This document shows positions 50,174-59,429 of a stretch of 64,000 nt of DNA, piece by piece. The position numbers and the translations under genes were made by a program. The DNA lies in NCBI GenBank assembly GCA_963786955.1, contig CAWBAT010000004.1:480001-544000 (forward strand). Direction: 5' to 3'. The stretch is from an uncultured Acidimicrobiia bacterium. Its GTDB lineage: Bacteria; Acidobacteriota; Terriglobia; Versatilivoradales; Versatilivoraceae. Position 1 is the first letter of the stretch; every line of letters starts with the position of its first letter. Below the pieces are notes generated by a model. The model was not told the DNA's origin, did not search any database, and saw nothing but the letters and a program-made list of their open reading frames with translations.

Positions 50174-50500
50174 TTAGGCATGGGTAGCTAGCATGTTTTC
50201 GAATACTTTCCTAGGAACTGCGCCGGAAATTCGGTCAATAATTTGCCCATCTTTGAATAATAGAATGGTTGGAATGCTCATGATTCCATACCGGCTAGCA
50301 ATCCCCGGATTGTCATCTGTGTTTAACTTTCCGACCTTTATTTTCCCGGAGTAAGCGGTGGCCAATTCGTCAATAATTGGACCCACCATGCGGCACGGAG
50401 CACACCATGGAGCCCAAAAATCTACCATGACTGGCAAATCTGATTTTAATGCCTCCTGATCAAAATTGTTGTCTGTAAACTCCACCAAGTTGCCACTCAT
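50174..50500 (-). CDS. trxA: Thioredoxin
   Basis: DFWAPWCAPC, YGIMSIPT; start MSGNLV after AGGAGAG. Confidence 0.95.
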   Translation of the reverse strand: MSGNLVEFTDNNFDQEALKSDLPVMVDFWAPWCAPCRMVGPIIDELATAYSGKIKVGKLNTDDNPGIASRYGIMSIPTILLFKDGQIIDRISGAVPRKVFENMLATHA

Positions 50501-50648
50501 GACGACTCTCCTTATCTGGTTGAATCCCATCATGATCCCGCTATCTAATTAAGAAAGCCGGAAGATGACGGACTTAGGGGGCGCGGGAGCGCCCATTTGC
50601 CTCATCATTTTGACTCCGTGAATGGATTTGTCAAGGGCTTATTGGACT

Positions 50649-51758
50649 TCATTTCAGACTCAGTTCCTCTAAAATTCGCATGGTGGCTGACGAGAAAGGG
50701 TAGTGCCTCAGTTCTGCCGGCCTAACCCAACGGGCATCTTTCTCCGGCTCGGGGAGTGAATAGCCCTCTCCGATCTGAGCTCGAAAGACGTCGACGGTTA
50801 TCCGTCGAGTCGTGATTGAATGACGTATCTGGGTTATGTGTCTTAGGCCTGAGAGTTGCAGGTTATATTCTTTTTCAAAGTGCTTCTTGATGGCGGCACT
50901 CTCAGCTTGAACACTTCTTAGATCAAGGCCAGGAAACTCCCAAAATCCCTCGAGCTGCCCTTTCCCTGAGCGGCGGACAAGAAGGTACTTTCCACGATGC
51001 TCAAGAACGACTGTGGCGTGAAAAGATCTTCTGAGAGATTGTCTTTTCCCTTTATCTGGTAATTGCTCATGAACGTCCGCTTTCTTAGCCAGGCATTTTT
51101 TTTCCCATGGGCACTCTGAACATTTTGGTTGTCTAGGGGTGCAAACCGTAGCCCCTAATTCCATCAGGGCCTGGTTGAAATCTCCCGGATTATCAGAGTC
51201 CAGGAGATCTTGGGCCAGCTGCCAGAGCTGCCGTCGAACATTGCCATCGTTGATATTGGCATGGATTTTGAAAGCTCTTGCCAGCACCCGCATCACATTC
51301 CCATCCAATACGGCGAGAGGTTCCCCAAAGCAAATACTCAATATAGCTGAAGCTGTGTATCTGCCAATTCCAGGTAGGGCATGAACTGCTTCCAATGTCT
51401 CAGGGAATTTACCTTCATGCTTCGTGAGGATGACCCTAGCAGCCTTTCTCAAGTTCCTGGCTCGAGAGTAATAACCCAATCCTGCCCAGCATTTCAGAAG
51501 CTTGTCGTCTTTTGTTTTTGCCAGTGCTGGAAAGCTTGGGAATACCTTAAGAAACTTCTCATAGTACGGGATAACTGACTTAACCTGGGTCTGCTGCAGC
51601 ATGACTTCTGAAATCCACACTTTATAAGGATCGCGAATTCCCCGCCAGGGCAACTGCCTTTGATTCGGGTAATACCAGGCAAGCAGCTGAGATTGAAGCC
51701 AGCGGCGCTTTGGATTGGAAACTTTGACGTACAGAAGAGATGACTTTCGAAGGCTCAT
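50649..51758 (-). CDS. mutY: A/G-specific adenine glycosylase
   Basis: LPWR, SEVMLQQT, GLGYYSRARNL, LPGIGRYTA, CX6CX2CX5C Fe-S motif, NUDIX-like C-terminus; start uncertain. Confidence 0.95.
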   Translation of the reverse strand: MSLRKSSLLYVKVSNPKRRWLQSQLLAWYYPNQRQLPWRGIRDPYKVWISEVMLQQTQVKSVIPYYEKFLKVFPSFPALAKTKDDKLLKCWAGLGYYSRARNLRKAARVILTKHEGKFPETLEAVHALPGIGRYTASAILSICFGEPLAVLDGNVMRVLARAFKIHANINDGNVRRQLWQLAQDLLDSDNPGDFNQALMELGATVCTPRQPKCSECPWEKKCLAKKADVHEQLPDKGKRQSLRRSFHATVVLEHRGKYLLVRRSGKGQLEGFWEFPGLDLRSVQAESAAIKKHFEKEYNLQLSGLRHITQIRHSITTRRITVDVFRAQIGEGYSLPEPEKDARWVRPAELRHYPFSSATMRILEELSLK

Positions 51759-51950
51759 GACTTGCCGATTGACCAAGTATTTGATCGTGGCCCTCGCCAA
51801 ATAAAGCGAGATGGTCAAGAATCAAGAAGCATCATCGGAATTAGGGACCTCGGTTGTCAAATTCAATTCAAATTTAAATGACCGGGTCTGGAAGAGTTTT
51901 TGCTAGTATGGGGTTGAATAATTTCAAAGAAAGGCTTGTGAAAACGGACG

Positions 51951-53501
51951 ATGAATGAGATTCCACTTATCGAAAAAGCCATTGTCATTGACCCTCGCGA
52001 CAATATTGCCGTTGCCAAAGTCTCCATAGGACTAGGCACGGTGTTGAGGTTGAACGGAACCAAGCTCTCAATCACGCAGACGGTGCCTCCCGGGCACAAG
52101 ATTGCTCTAAAACCTATCGCCAAAGGAGAAGCTGTCGTCCGCTATGGAGAAATCATTGGCGCGGCAACCCAGAATATTGCTCAAGGTAGCCCGGTTCACG
52201 TCCACAATATGACCATTGAGAATCTGACGCGCCAATACGAGTACTGTGTGGTGTCGAAGCCAGTCGATTACTTCCCAAATGCGGAGATCCCACAATTTCA
52301 AGGCTACCTCCGTCCATGGGGAGGTGTTGGAACTCGCAACTATGTCGCAGTACTTTCGACGGTCATTTGTTCCAGTCACCCAGCCAATTTGATCGGTAGG
52401 CATTTTGAGAATCAGTTCAAAGGCGATCCAAACTTTGATGGAGTCATTTCAATCACGCACCAGGAAGGTTGTGGAGGTGAAAAAGGCGACGACATGGAAC
52501 AGTTGATGCGCATCTATCATGGCATCATGTACCACCCGAATGTAGCCGGTATCCTGGTGTTGGGCTTGGGCTGCGAAGAGAGCAACATCGAATGCGTTCA
52601 GGGTTGTTCGTCGAGTTTGCCTTTTCCGCTTCAATCCAATACCAAAGACCGAATTCGTTATTTAACGGTGCAGGGCGCCGGTGGAACATCTAAAACAGTC
52701 GCACAAGGAATCGAGATTGTTAACGAACTCGTCGAAAAGGCACGGAACTGTCGACGTAGTAATGTTCCGGCATCTGAAGTCTTGCTCGGTTTGAATTGCG
52801 GTGGGTCGGACGCTTACTCCGGAATCTCGGCAAATCCGGCCCTGGGGCATGCCAGCGATCTGTTGGTCAGGTACGGAGGGACCACTGTCCTACCGGAAAC
52901 CCCTGAGATCTATGGGGCTGAACATCTCATCATGCGCGGCGCCGGCAACCGGAAGGCGGCAGAAGACTTGCTTAAAATTATCGAACGGTACAAGCGGTAT
53001 GTGGGAGCCATGGGTGGAACGCTTGATGACAATCCCGCGCCAGGCAACAAAGCTGGAGGAATCACGAACATCGTTGAAAAATCTCTGGGAGCTGTTCGAA
53101 AAGCTGGCTCGACCCCGTTGAATGCCGTATTCAATTATGCAGAACCCGTGAAAGCCCGCGGTTTCGTAATCATGGATTCTCCCGGATATGATACGCCATC
53201 CGTCAGCGGCTTGGTGTCTGGCGGGATCAATCTGGTTTGTTTCACAACCGGCCGAGGAACTCCCACGGGCAACCCTATCGTTCCCGTGATCAAAATTGCC
53301 TCAAATTCTCGGATGTACCAACATATGCAAGAGAATATGGATGTTAACGCAGGAACCATTATCGATGGGATAGAAAACATTGACCAGGTTGGCGAAAAGA
53401 TTTTCGAAAAAATGTTAGCAGTGGCATCGGGGGAAAAGACCAAGAATGAAATTACCGGGCACCGAGAGTTCGCCATCTGGCGCACAGGCCCGATGCTCTG
53501 A
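51951..53501 (+). CDS. UxaA/GarD-family altronate or galactarate dehydratase (SAF + catalytic domain)
   Basis: DNIAVA, GHKIA, VHVHN, GLGCE, CGGSD, EKSLG, FTTGRG. Confidence 0.9.
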   Translation: MNEIPLIEKAIVIDPRDNIAVAKVSIGLGTVLRLNGTKLSITQTVPPGHKIALKPIAKGEAVVRYGEIIGAATQNIAQGSPVHVHNMTIENLTRQYEYCVVSKPVDYFPNAEIPQFQGYLRPWGGVGTRNYVAVLSTVICSSHPANLIGRHFENQFKGDPNFDGVISITHQEGCGGEKGDDMEQLMRIYHGIMYHPNVAGILVLGLGCEESNIECVQGCSSSLPFPLQSNTKDRIRYLTVQGAGGTSKTVAQGIEIVNELVEKARNCRRSNVPASEVLLGLNCGGSDAYSGISANPALGHASDLLVRYGGTTVLPETPEIYGAEHLIMRGAGNRKAAEDLLKIIERYKRYVGAMGGTLDDNPAPGNKAGGITNIVEKSLGAVRKAGSTPLNAVFNYAEPVKARGFVIMDSPGYDTPSVSGLVSGGINLVCFTTGRGTPTGNPIVPVIKIASNSRMYQHMQENMDVNAGTIIDGIENIDQVGEKIFEKMLAVASGEKTKNEITGHREFAIWRTGPML

Positions 53502-53656
53502 CAGGGACACCTATTTCAATCGTTTTCAGATGGGGAAGTAGGTCAAGTTTGCAATCATTGTTGTAACCGGAGACATTGACCCATAAGCCCTAACCTAAGC
53601 TTGGATGATCGGTTCATTCTGGGCTCCTCGGTTGAGCAGATGACTTCCAGAATTGG

Positions 53657-53935
53657 GAAACGCCAAGAACGCAAAGGTCGCAAAGAGTAGGAGCCTTCAT
53701 GACCGCCGACGAAGTAGCTAAGGATATGGTTGACTCTGCACTCAAGGTGCATTGTGCCATGGGGCGCGGGCTGCTGGAATCGGCCAATTAGGCTGGTCTG
53801 GCACACGAGCTCCAAAGACGTGGCCTCCGGGTTGAATGCGAAGTCGTTATTCGTAGAACTGGGGGTAGGATGGGATCAGGCGGCTGACCGAGGTATATCC
53901 TCATTTCTTTGCGTGCTTGGCGCTCTTGGCGTTTC
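53657..53935. mobile_element. Inverted-repeat-bounded element carrying a decayed GxxExxY gene
   Basis: Left 53657-53686 gaaacgccaagaacgcaaaggtcgcaaaga matches the reverse complement of 53906-53935 (gaaacgccaagagcgccaagcacgcaaaga) at 26/30. Confidence 0.6.
53699..53890 (+). pseudogene. GxxExxY-family (PD-(D/E)XK-like) pseudogene with internal stop and deletion
   Basis: AGGAG RBS, MTADEVAKDMVDSALKVHCAMGRGLLESAN*AGLAHELQRRGLRVECEV, then DGIRRL in another frame. Confidence 0.8.
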
Positions 53936-54064
53936 GTCCTTTCGGCGGAAGGCCAGGAAAGTCTTCTAGAGTTAGCGCGCGTGGGACATTGTCCCCCAGC
54001 CGCCTCCAGCGTGGCCAGCGATAACACGATCTACTGCAACTTGATCTGGAATAACCATTGACCT

Positions 54065-54985
54065 ATGCGCTCCTTTATAATCAAACGGCTTCTGCTTACA
54101 ATTCCGGCGCTTCTTGGAGTAATCCTTTTGGTGTTCTCGTTTGTCCATCTTGTGCCCGGAGATCCTGTTCAGATCATGCTGGGAGATGGCGCGCCTGCAG
54201 CGGACCTCGAAAATTTGCGCAGTCAATTGGGTTTAGACCGCCCAATCGGGGAACAATGTTTCAAATATTTATCCGATCTTTCGCGGGGAAACCTGGGCAC
54301 TTCCTTTCGCTTTGGCGAACCCGTCGCGCGTATTATCTGGGAGCGCTATCCTGCCACAATTCAGCTCGCTTTCCTGAGCCTGGCCATTGGCTTGGTGATC
54401 GCCTTGCCCGCAGGGATCCTTGCCGCTTCCCGGGCCGGTCACTGGATTGATCGGGCCATCACTTCCGCCACTTTGTTCGGCATTTCGCTGCCAAACTTCG
54501 TTTCGGGGCCCTTGGCCATTGTCTTATTCTCAATCTGGCTGGGCTGGCTTCCAGTTTCGGGCCGACAAGGACCCACGTATTTTGTCTTGCCTGCATTAAC
54601 CCTCGGGTTGGGCTTTTCAGCTATTTTGACCCGAATGATCAGGGCCGGGATGATTGACGAACTGCAGGAAGATTACATCAAGACGGCCCGCGCCAAGGGG
54701 CTGAGTGAAATCCGGGTTTACTTGAAACACGCTCTAAAGAACAGTTTGATTCCCGTTATTACGGTGCTGGGGCTGCAATTCGGAACCTTACTGGCCGGGG
54801 CCATCATCACCGAGACTATTTTTTCATGGCCAGGAATTGGTCGTCTTACTGTGCAAGCCATCAATGCCCGTGATTACCCGCTCGTTCAAGGCTGCATCCT
54901 GGTCATTGCGCTGACCTATGTAGGAGCAAATCTGTTGACGGACCTGGTGTATGGCTTACTTGACCCAAGAATAAAATATCAGTAG
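54065..54985 (+). CDS. Peptide/nickel ABC transporter permease (DppB/NikB-like)
   Basis: PGDPV, LGLDRP, DYIKTARAKGL, PGIGRL, RDYP. Confidence 0.93.
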   Translation: MRSFIIKRLLLTIPALLGVILLVFSFVHLVPGDPVQIMLGDGAPAADLENLRSQLGLDRPIGEQCFKYLSDLSRGNLGTSFRFGEPVARIIWERYPATIQLAFLSLAIGLVIALPAGILAASRAGHWIDRAITSATLFGISLPNFVSGPLAIVLFSIWLGWLPVSGRQGPTYFVLPALTLGLGFSAILTRMIRAGMIDELQEDYIKTARAKGLSEIRVYLKHALKNSLIPVITVLGLQFGTLLAGAIITETIFSWPGIGRLTVQAINARDYPLVQGCILVIALTYVGANLLTDLVYGLLDPRIKYQ

Positions 54986-55010
54986 AAACCTCTCGAAATC
55001 CTCTGGCTCT

Positions 55011-55823
55011 ATGAAATCCCATTCGCTGGCGCTCCTTGGCGGCTCGATCGTCATACTGCTTCTTTTGTTGGCACTCCTTGCCCCGCTTCTTGCTCCCTTC
55101 GATTACGACTCCCAGAATCTTCCCCAGCGGCTCATGTCGCCGGACCGGAACCATTGGTTTGGGACGGATGAACTAGGTCGCGATATTTTTTCCCGGGTCT
55201 TATATGGCAGTCGGATTTCAATGCTCGTAGGAGTATCGGTCGTAGGATTTGCAAGCGGAATCGGACTATTCGTGGGAATCCTGGCGGGGTTTTATGGCGG
55301 GTGGATTGATGAAGTGCTCATGCGGGTCGCCGACGTTCTGATGGCGTTTCCAGGAATCCTGCTAGCCATTGCCCTCGTCGCCTTTTGGGGGCCCGGCCTG
55401 GAAAAACTCATCTCGGCCTTGGTAATCGTTGGCTGGGTTGGCTATGCACGCTTGGTGCGAGGGCAGATTCTCAAAGTGAAGGAGCTCGACTTCGTCAAAG
55501 TAGCGCGCTCTTTAGGTGGGACAGATCTGCATATTATCTTGAGACACTTGATTCCCAATATCATTCAGCCTGTTCTCGTTCAAGCCAGTATCGGCATTGC
55601 GGGTGCAATCTTGGCCGAAGCGTCGTTGAGCTTCTTGGGTCTTGGAGTACCGCCTCCCCTTCCCAGCTGGGGAGCCATGTTAAATGACGCCCGAAGCCAT
55701 CTGTTTGATGCACCTCACCTTGTCCTGTTCCCTGCCCTCTCGACCATGACGGCGGTACTTGCTTTTAACTTATTAGGGGATGGTTTGCGTGAGCTGCTAA
55801 ATCCGAGATTGCGTTTCCTTTGA
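55011..55823 (+). CDS. Peptide/nickel ABC transporter permease (DppC/NikC-like)
   Basis: HWFGTDELGRD, ARLVRG, HLIPN, EASLSFLGLG, NLLGDGLR. Confidence 0.93.
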   Translation: MKSHSLALLGGSIVILLLLLALLAPLLAPFDYDSQNLPQRLMSPDRNHWFGTDELGRDIFSRVLYGSRISMLVGVSVVGFASGIGLFVGILAGFYGGWIDEVLMRVADVLMAFPGILLAIALVAFWGPGLEKLISALVIVGWVGYARLVRGQILKVKELDFVKVARSLGGTDLHIILRHLIPNIIQPVLVQASIGIAGAILAEASLSFLGLGVPPPLPSWGAMLNDARSHLFDAPHLVLFPALSTMTAVLAFNLLGDGLRELLNPRLRFL

Positions 55824-55964
55824 TCTGTAAGAAAAATTTCCTGACACCAAAGTCGATGGGAGTACCGAGTTACGACCCGAGCAAGTAGGACGCTTGCGTC
55901 ACAGGATTATGCTCTGGCTCTCTCTGACCTGTACCAACGTCAAAAGACCATTCCTGCAACTTAG

Positions 55965-56089
55965 TACTGCTTTTCATAAATACGGTGACGTTAACGCCGG
56001 GTCGGTGACCCGGCCTACAACTTTGTAGGCCGCGTGACCCCACGCGGCGCCTATCCTAAGATACGTCACCGCAATTACGATTAGCAGTA
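55965..56089. mobile_element. 125-bp MITE-like element with about 27-bp TIRs, direct-repeat flanks and an internal REP doublet
   Basis: CTTAG|TACTGCTTTTCATAAATACGGTGACGT ... ACGTCACCGCAATTACGATTAGCAGTA|CTTAG; two back-to-back GTAGGCCG hairpins inside. Confidence 0.7.
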
Positions 56090-56095
56090 CTTAGC

Positions 56096-57082
56096 TTATT
56101 CGGCAATCTCAAGGGCCAGTAAATCTAAGGGATTCACTCGTGCTTCATTAAGGCGGCAGGCCCAATGTAAATGAGGACCGGTGACACGACCAGTAGCACC
56201 AACTTCCCCGATGACCTGGCCAGATTTTACCATTTCATTCGCTTGGACCAGGAGCTTTGAACAATGCCCGTAGTACGTGTATAAGCCCAGTCCATGATCA
56301 ATCACCACAGTATTGCCGCTAAAGAACAGGTCTTCAGCGAGAACGACTTTCCCACTATTGGCTGCATGAATCGGTGTCCCTGTGGGAGCTTTCAGGTCTA
56401 CCCCAGAATGTGGAGAGCGGTGCTGGCCATTGACCACGCGCCGCCGCCCAAAACCGCTCGTCAATTCACTGGACAGAGGTACCTTGAATTTCCCGTCCCA
56501 ATAAGGGGAATCGGAGACCGTTTCCCAAATCGATTCCAACCGCTTCGTTTCTTCCGCTGACCTTTTTTGATCCTCAGGACTGGGTTGCGCGTACTTCTCT
56601 GCTACCGTGATTTTTTGCACCGGGAACTGCTTGGGAAGGACACGAACGCTTTCTTGAATTTCCACAAATTTAGAACCTTGAAACTCCACTCGAGCCTTGA
56701 ACCGATACACTTCTGGCTTGCTCTCTAAATCAACACCAACAAAGGCATAACTGACAGTGTTTTTCTTTCCTGAGAAGAAAGCCAGGCGTCGCTCGCAGAA
56801 CGTTCCCGTTGCACTGGCAATTGCACCCGTACAACGCGCTTTTGCAAGGAATACACTACCCGGGTAAATTTTTTGCGGAGGAATCAGGAGACGACAGGCG
56901 GGGCGAGCTGTTTCAGACCGCGCCGGCGTCAAAAAGAGAAAAAGTAACACGAACATCAAGAGACTCAGTCGCACCCCCACCCAACGTAGGCAGCCAACCG
57001 CCGGATAACGAAAAACCGGTGGTGGTTCAATTCTCTGAGCCAGCGGGGCGGAGGAATTACTACCTGGCTCAGCGTATGGCAT
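56096..57082 (-). CDS. M23 family metallopeptidase
   Basis: HSGVD, IDHG, GPHLHW; start uncertain. Confidence 0.9.
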   Translation of the reverse strand: MPYAEPGSNSSAPLAQRIEPPPVFRYPAVGCLRWVGVRLSLLMFVLLFLFLTPARSETARPACRLLIPPQKIYPGSVFLAKARCTGAIASATGTFCERRLAFFSGKKNTVSYAFVGVDLESKPEVYRFKARVEFQGSKFVEIQESVRVLPKQFPVQKITVAEKYAQPSPEDQKRSAEETKRLESIWETVSDSPYWDGKFKVPLSSELTSGFGRRRVVNGQHRSPHSGVDLKAPTGTPIHAANSGKVVLAEDLFFSGNTVVIDHGLGLYTYYGHCSKLLVQANEMVKSGQVIGEVGATGRVTGPHLHWACRLNEARVNPLDLLALEIAE

Positions 57083-57236
57083 AAAAAAAGTATTTCGAGT
57101 TTCGATTTCGTGGAAACATTGGAGCATTGGTTTGGGGAGAGTAGAACATCGATGGGATGAGGAAGACCCTCGCAGTGGTGCTACTTCCAATCTGTTCAGG
57201 GCGAAGGGGAGAAGACAATCTAATTCCGGTGAATAA

Positions 57237-57467
57237 TTAATTCAGCCTTTCCCGGCACATGCCAGGCCTCGCTGCCCCGCATGTGTTACAGCCTTCTTGA
57301 GAGGTTTTCGCGGAGGCTGAATCACTGGACTGTACGGCAAAAGCCGAGAACAGTTTTTCCACATGATCGCTATCGCAACTCTGGCAGTTCATGGATTCCG
57401 TGTGTAACGATACGATCTTTTCGAAAACTTTTCCGCAATCCAAACAGTGATATTCATAAATTGGCAT
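57237..57467 (-). CDS. FmdB-family zinc-ribbon protein
   Basis: MPIYEYHCLDCG...CQSC...KLFS, Cys-rich tail. Confidence 0.88.
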   Translation of the reverse strand: MPIYEYHCLDCGKVFEKIVSLHTESMNCQSCDSDHVEKLFSAFAVQSSDSASAKTSQEGCNTCGAARPGMCRERLN

Positions 57468-57650
57468 GGGCACTCCAAAGTGAGAAGCTTGACCGTCTTG
57501 ACAACAGAACGGTCCTTCCAGAATCTAGTCCATCTCAGCGCTGCAAGCATTTCAGGGAATTAGCGAATTCCCATCAAAAGCCACTGAAAAACCGCATGGA
57601 TCAATATAGTCAAGTCAAGCGGCTCTGTCAAAGTACGAGTCGATTCAGTG

Positions 57651-58358
57651 TTATTTTTTCAAATAGGGAATTGCGGCGTCATGCATCTGTCGTGCAACGT
57701 CAGATAGGGCATACAATCGGGCTTTCCCCCCTTCTCCCTGGGTCTGACTATCCCCTGGAGCGCGACGAAGTTCATCTTCGACCTGCTTCAACTGATTTTG
57801 GGTTGCGGAGATATAGTCCTTCAGCTCATAGTCTGTAGAAACTAGTATCTCATTGCAATCTATCTTCCCTTCCCCTTGATCTTGAATTTTACACTTGAGA
57901 AGCATGCGCTGGACAGTGGGCAATCCGAGGCCGGAACCGGTTAATGGGTCCGTCATTTCACTTCGGGCGAACCGAGCGAGATTTTCGACCTGTTGTGCCT
58001 GAGTTAAGTTTTCGCGAAGCTTCGCTGCAAACTGCTTTCTCAATTTGCTCTTATTTCCGCCCTCCGGGGAACCACTCGTTATTTCCTTTTGGGCTTGCTC
58101 GTATGCCGCCAACATGACCAACTGAATAAGAGGGGCGAGATCAGGCTGTCTCAGCACTTTGTTCCTTGAGGAAACCTGTTGGATCAGAACGGTCCACTTT
58201 GGGACAAAATCAATTTTACTGGAATTTTCCACGAGCCCTTTAGACCACTGGCGTAACGTTACAAGTTCCGGATCCTGTAGTTTCCATTTACCCAGCGTCT
58301 TAGGGATATCAACCGAAGGAATCGCCTTGATCAGAAGCCGTGAATCGTCAACGTTCAT
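57651..58358 (-). CDS. Hypothetical helical protein; its probable signal peptide (58506 start) lies in a different frame
   Basis: 235-aa ORF; frame open upstream to about 58454; out-of-frame MTKKPSAYCFLTIVLGLSFLFSARLSAQ from 58506. Confidence 0.6.
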   Translation of the reverse strand: MNVDDSRLLIKAIPSVDIPKTLGKWKLQDPELVTLRQWSKGLVENSSKIDFVPKWTVLIQQVSSRNKVLRQPDLAPLIQLVMLAAYEQAQKEITSGSPEGGNKSKLRKQFAAKLRENLTQAQQVENLARFARSEMTDPLTGSGLGLPTVQRMLLKCKIQDQGEGKIDCNEILVSTDYELKDYISATQNQLKQVEDELRRAPGDSQTQGEGGKARLYALSDVARQMHDAAIPYLKK

Positions 58359-58680
58359 AGAGGGAGTCGGGAGAGCGGAGACAGCTGTTTCACCCTGCGG
58401 ACCTTCTTGAGCTTGAGGTGGATTGTGCTGAGAGTCTTGCGCTGAAGAGAAAACTCAGTCCTAGGACTATTGTGAGAAAGCAATAAGCAGAAGGTTTCTT
58501 TGTCATGTTCACCAACTTGTCTTCTTGGAATTTCATTTAATGATCATACATCTATATTGTATTCGACTCTAGACATCCAACACTTTAAAAAGAGTGGGAG
58601 CCGGTCGCGCTGGAATGCTCAACCTTCTTCAATTTAGCGTTTCTAAGGTACACCGCAGTTGTCATTCTCCCCCAATTGTG

Positions 58681-58699
58681 GTATCTTCATTGTAGATAC
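58681..58699. promoter_or_regulatory. mazEF autoregulatory operator palindrome
   Basis: GTATCT-tcattgt-AGATAC just upstream of the mazE RBS; resembles the GTATCTACAAT palindromes of mazEF/chp promoters. Confidence 0.65.
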
Positions 58700-58717
58700 A
58701 GACCAGAGGAGGGTCCT

Positions 58718-58960
58718 ATGCGTGTTGCTGTTCGAAAATGGGGGAATAGCCTGGCCCTAAGAATTCCCAAGTCGTTCGCCATTGAATCGAAAATTGCGAA
58801 CGGCTCTTCCGTCGATTTATCATTGGTTGAGGGAAAAATCATTGTTTCCCTTGCCACCTCCAAGCAGTATAAATTGAAGGAGCTTTTGGCTGGTGTGTCC
58901 AAAAAGAATATTCATCAAGAGGCCAATACGGGGGAAACTTCGGGTAAAGAGGTGTGGTAA
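58718..58960 (+). CDS. mazE: AbrB/MazE antitoxin
   Basis: VRKWGNSLALRIPK, YKLKELL, GKEVW; GAGGAGG RBS. Confidence 0.93.
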   Translation: MRVAVRKWGNSLALRIPKSFAIESKIANGSSVDLSLVEGKIIVSLATSKQYKLKELLAGVSKKNIHQEANTGETSGKEVW

Positions 58961-59301
58961 TGCCGCCAAAGTATGTTCCCGACCGTGGCGATGCAGTTTG
59001 GATTACGCTAAATCCTCAAGCGGGTCACGAGCAATCCGGAAGGCGGCCTGCGCTTGTCTTGTCGCCGGCAGCCTATAATCGAAAGGTGGGGCTAGTCATA
59101 CTCTGTCCTATCACCACCCAAATCAAAGGGCATCCATTTGAAGTGATTGTCCCGGAGGGCCTGAAAGTTTCGGGCGCGATCTTATCTGATCAAGTCAAGA
59201 GCCTAGATTGGAAAGTGCGAAAAGCGGAATTATTGTGCCGTGTTCCAGCGATGGCCACACAAGACGTCTTAAGCAAGCTGAAGACACTCCTGCAGGATTA
59301 G
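58960..59301 (+). CDS. mazF: MazF endoribonuclease toxin
   Basis: YVPDRGD, PQAGHEQSGRRPALVLSP, CPITT, DQVKSLDW; TAATG coupling with mazE. Confidence 0.95.
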   Translation: MPPKYVPDRGDAVWITLNPQAGHEQSGRRPALVLSPAAYNRKVGLVILCPITTQIKGHPFEVIVPEGLKVSGAILSDQVKSLDWKVRKAELLCRVPAMATQDVLSKLKTLLQD

Positions 59302-59429
59302 CGGTAGAAACAATCATTTGGTTGACTGAGGTAGCGCCATAATCCGGAAAGGCTGGAAAAAGTTTTCTGGAACAACTCGCTAGCGCCAACAATGACGCGA
59401 ACCCGTGACATTCTTCAGAAGTCCGTGTC

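Noticed and set aside
53555-54027. Short ORFs 53555-53815, 53730-53969 and 53788-54027
   Set aside because: Alternate-frame or antisense reads of the GxxExxY relic and its repeats
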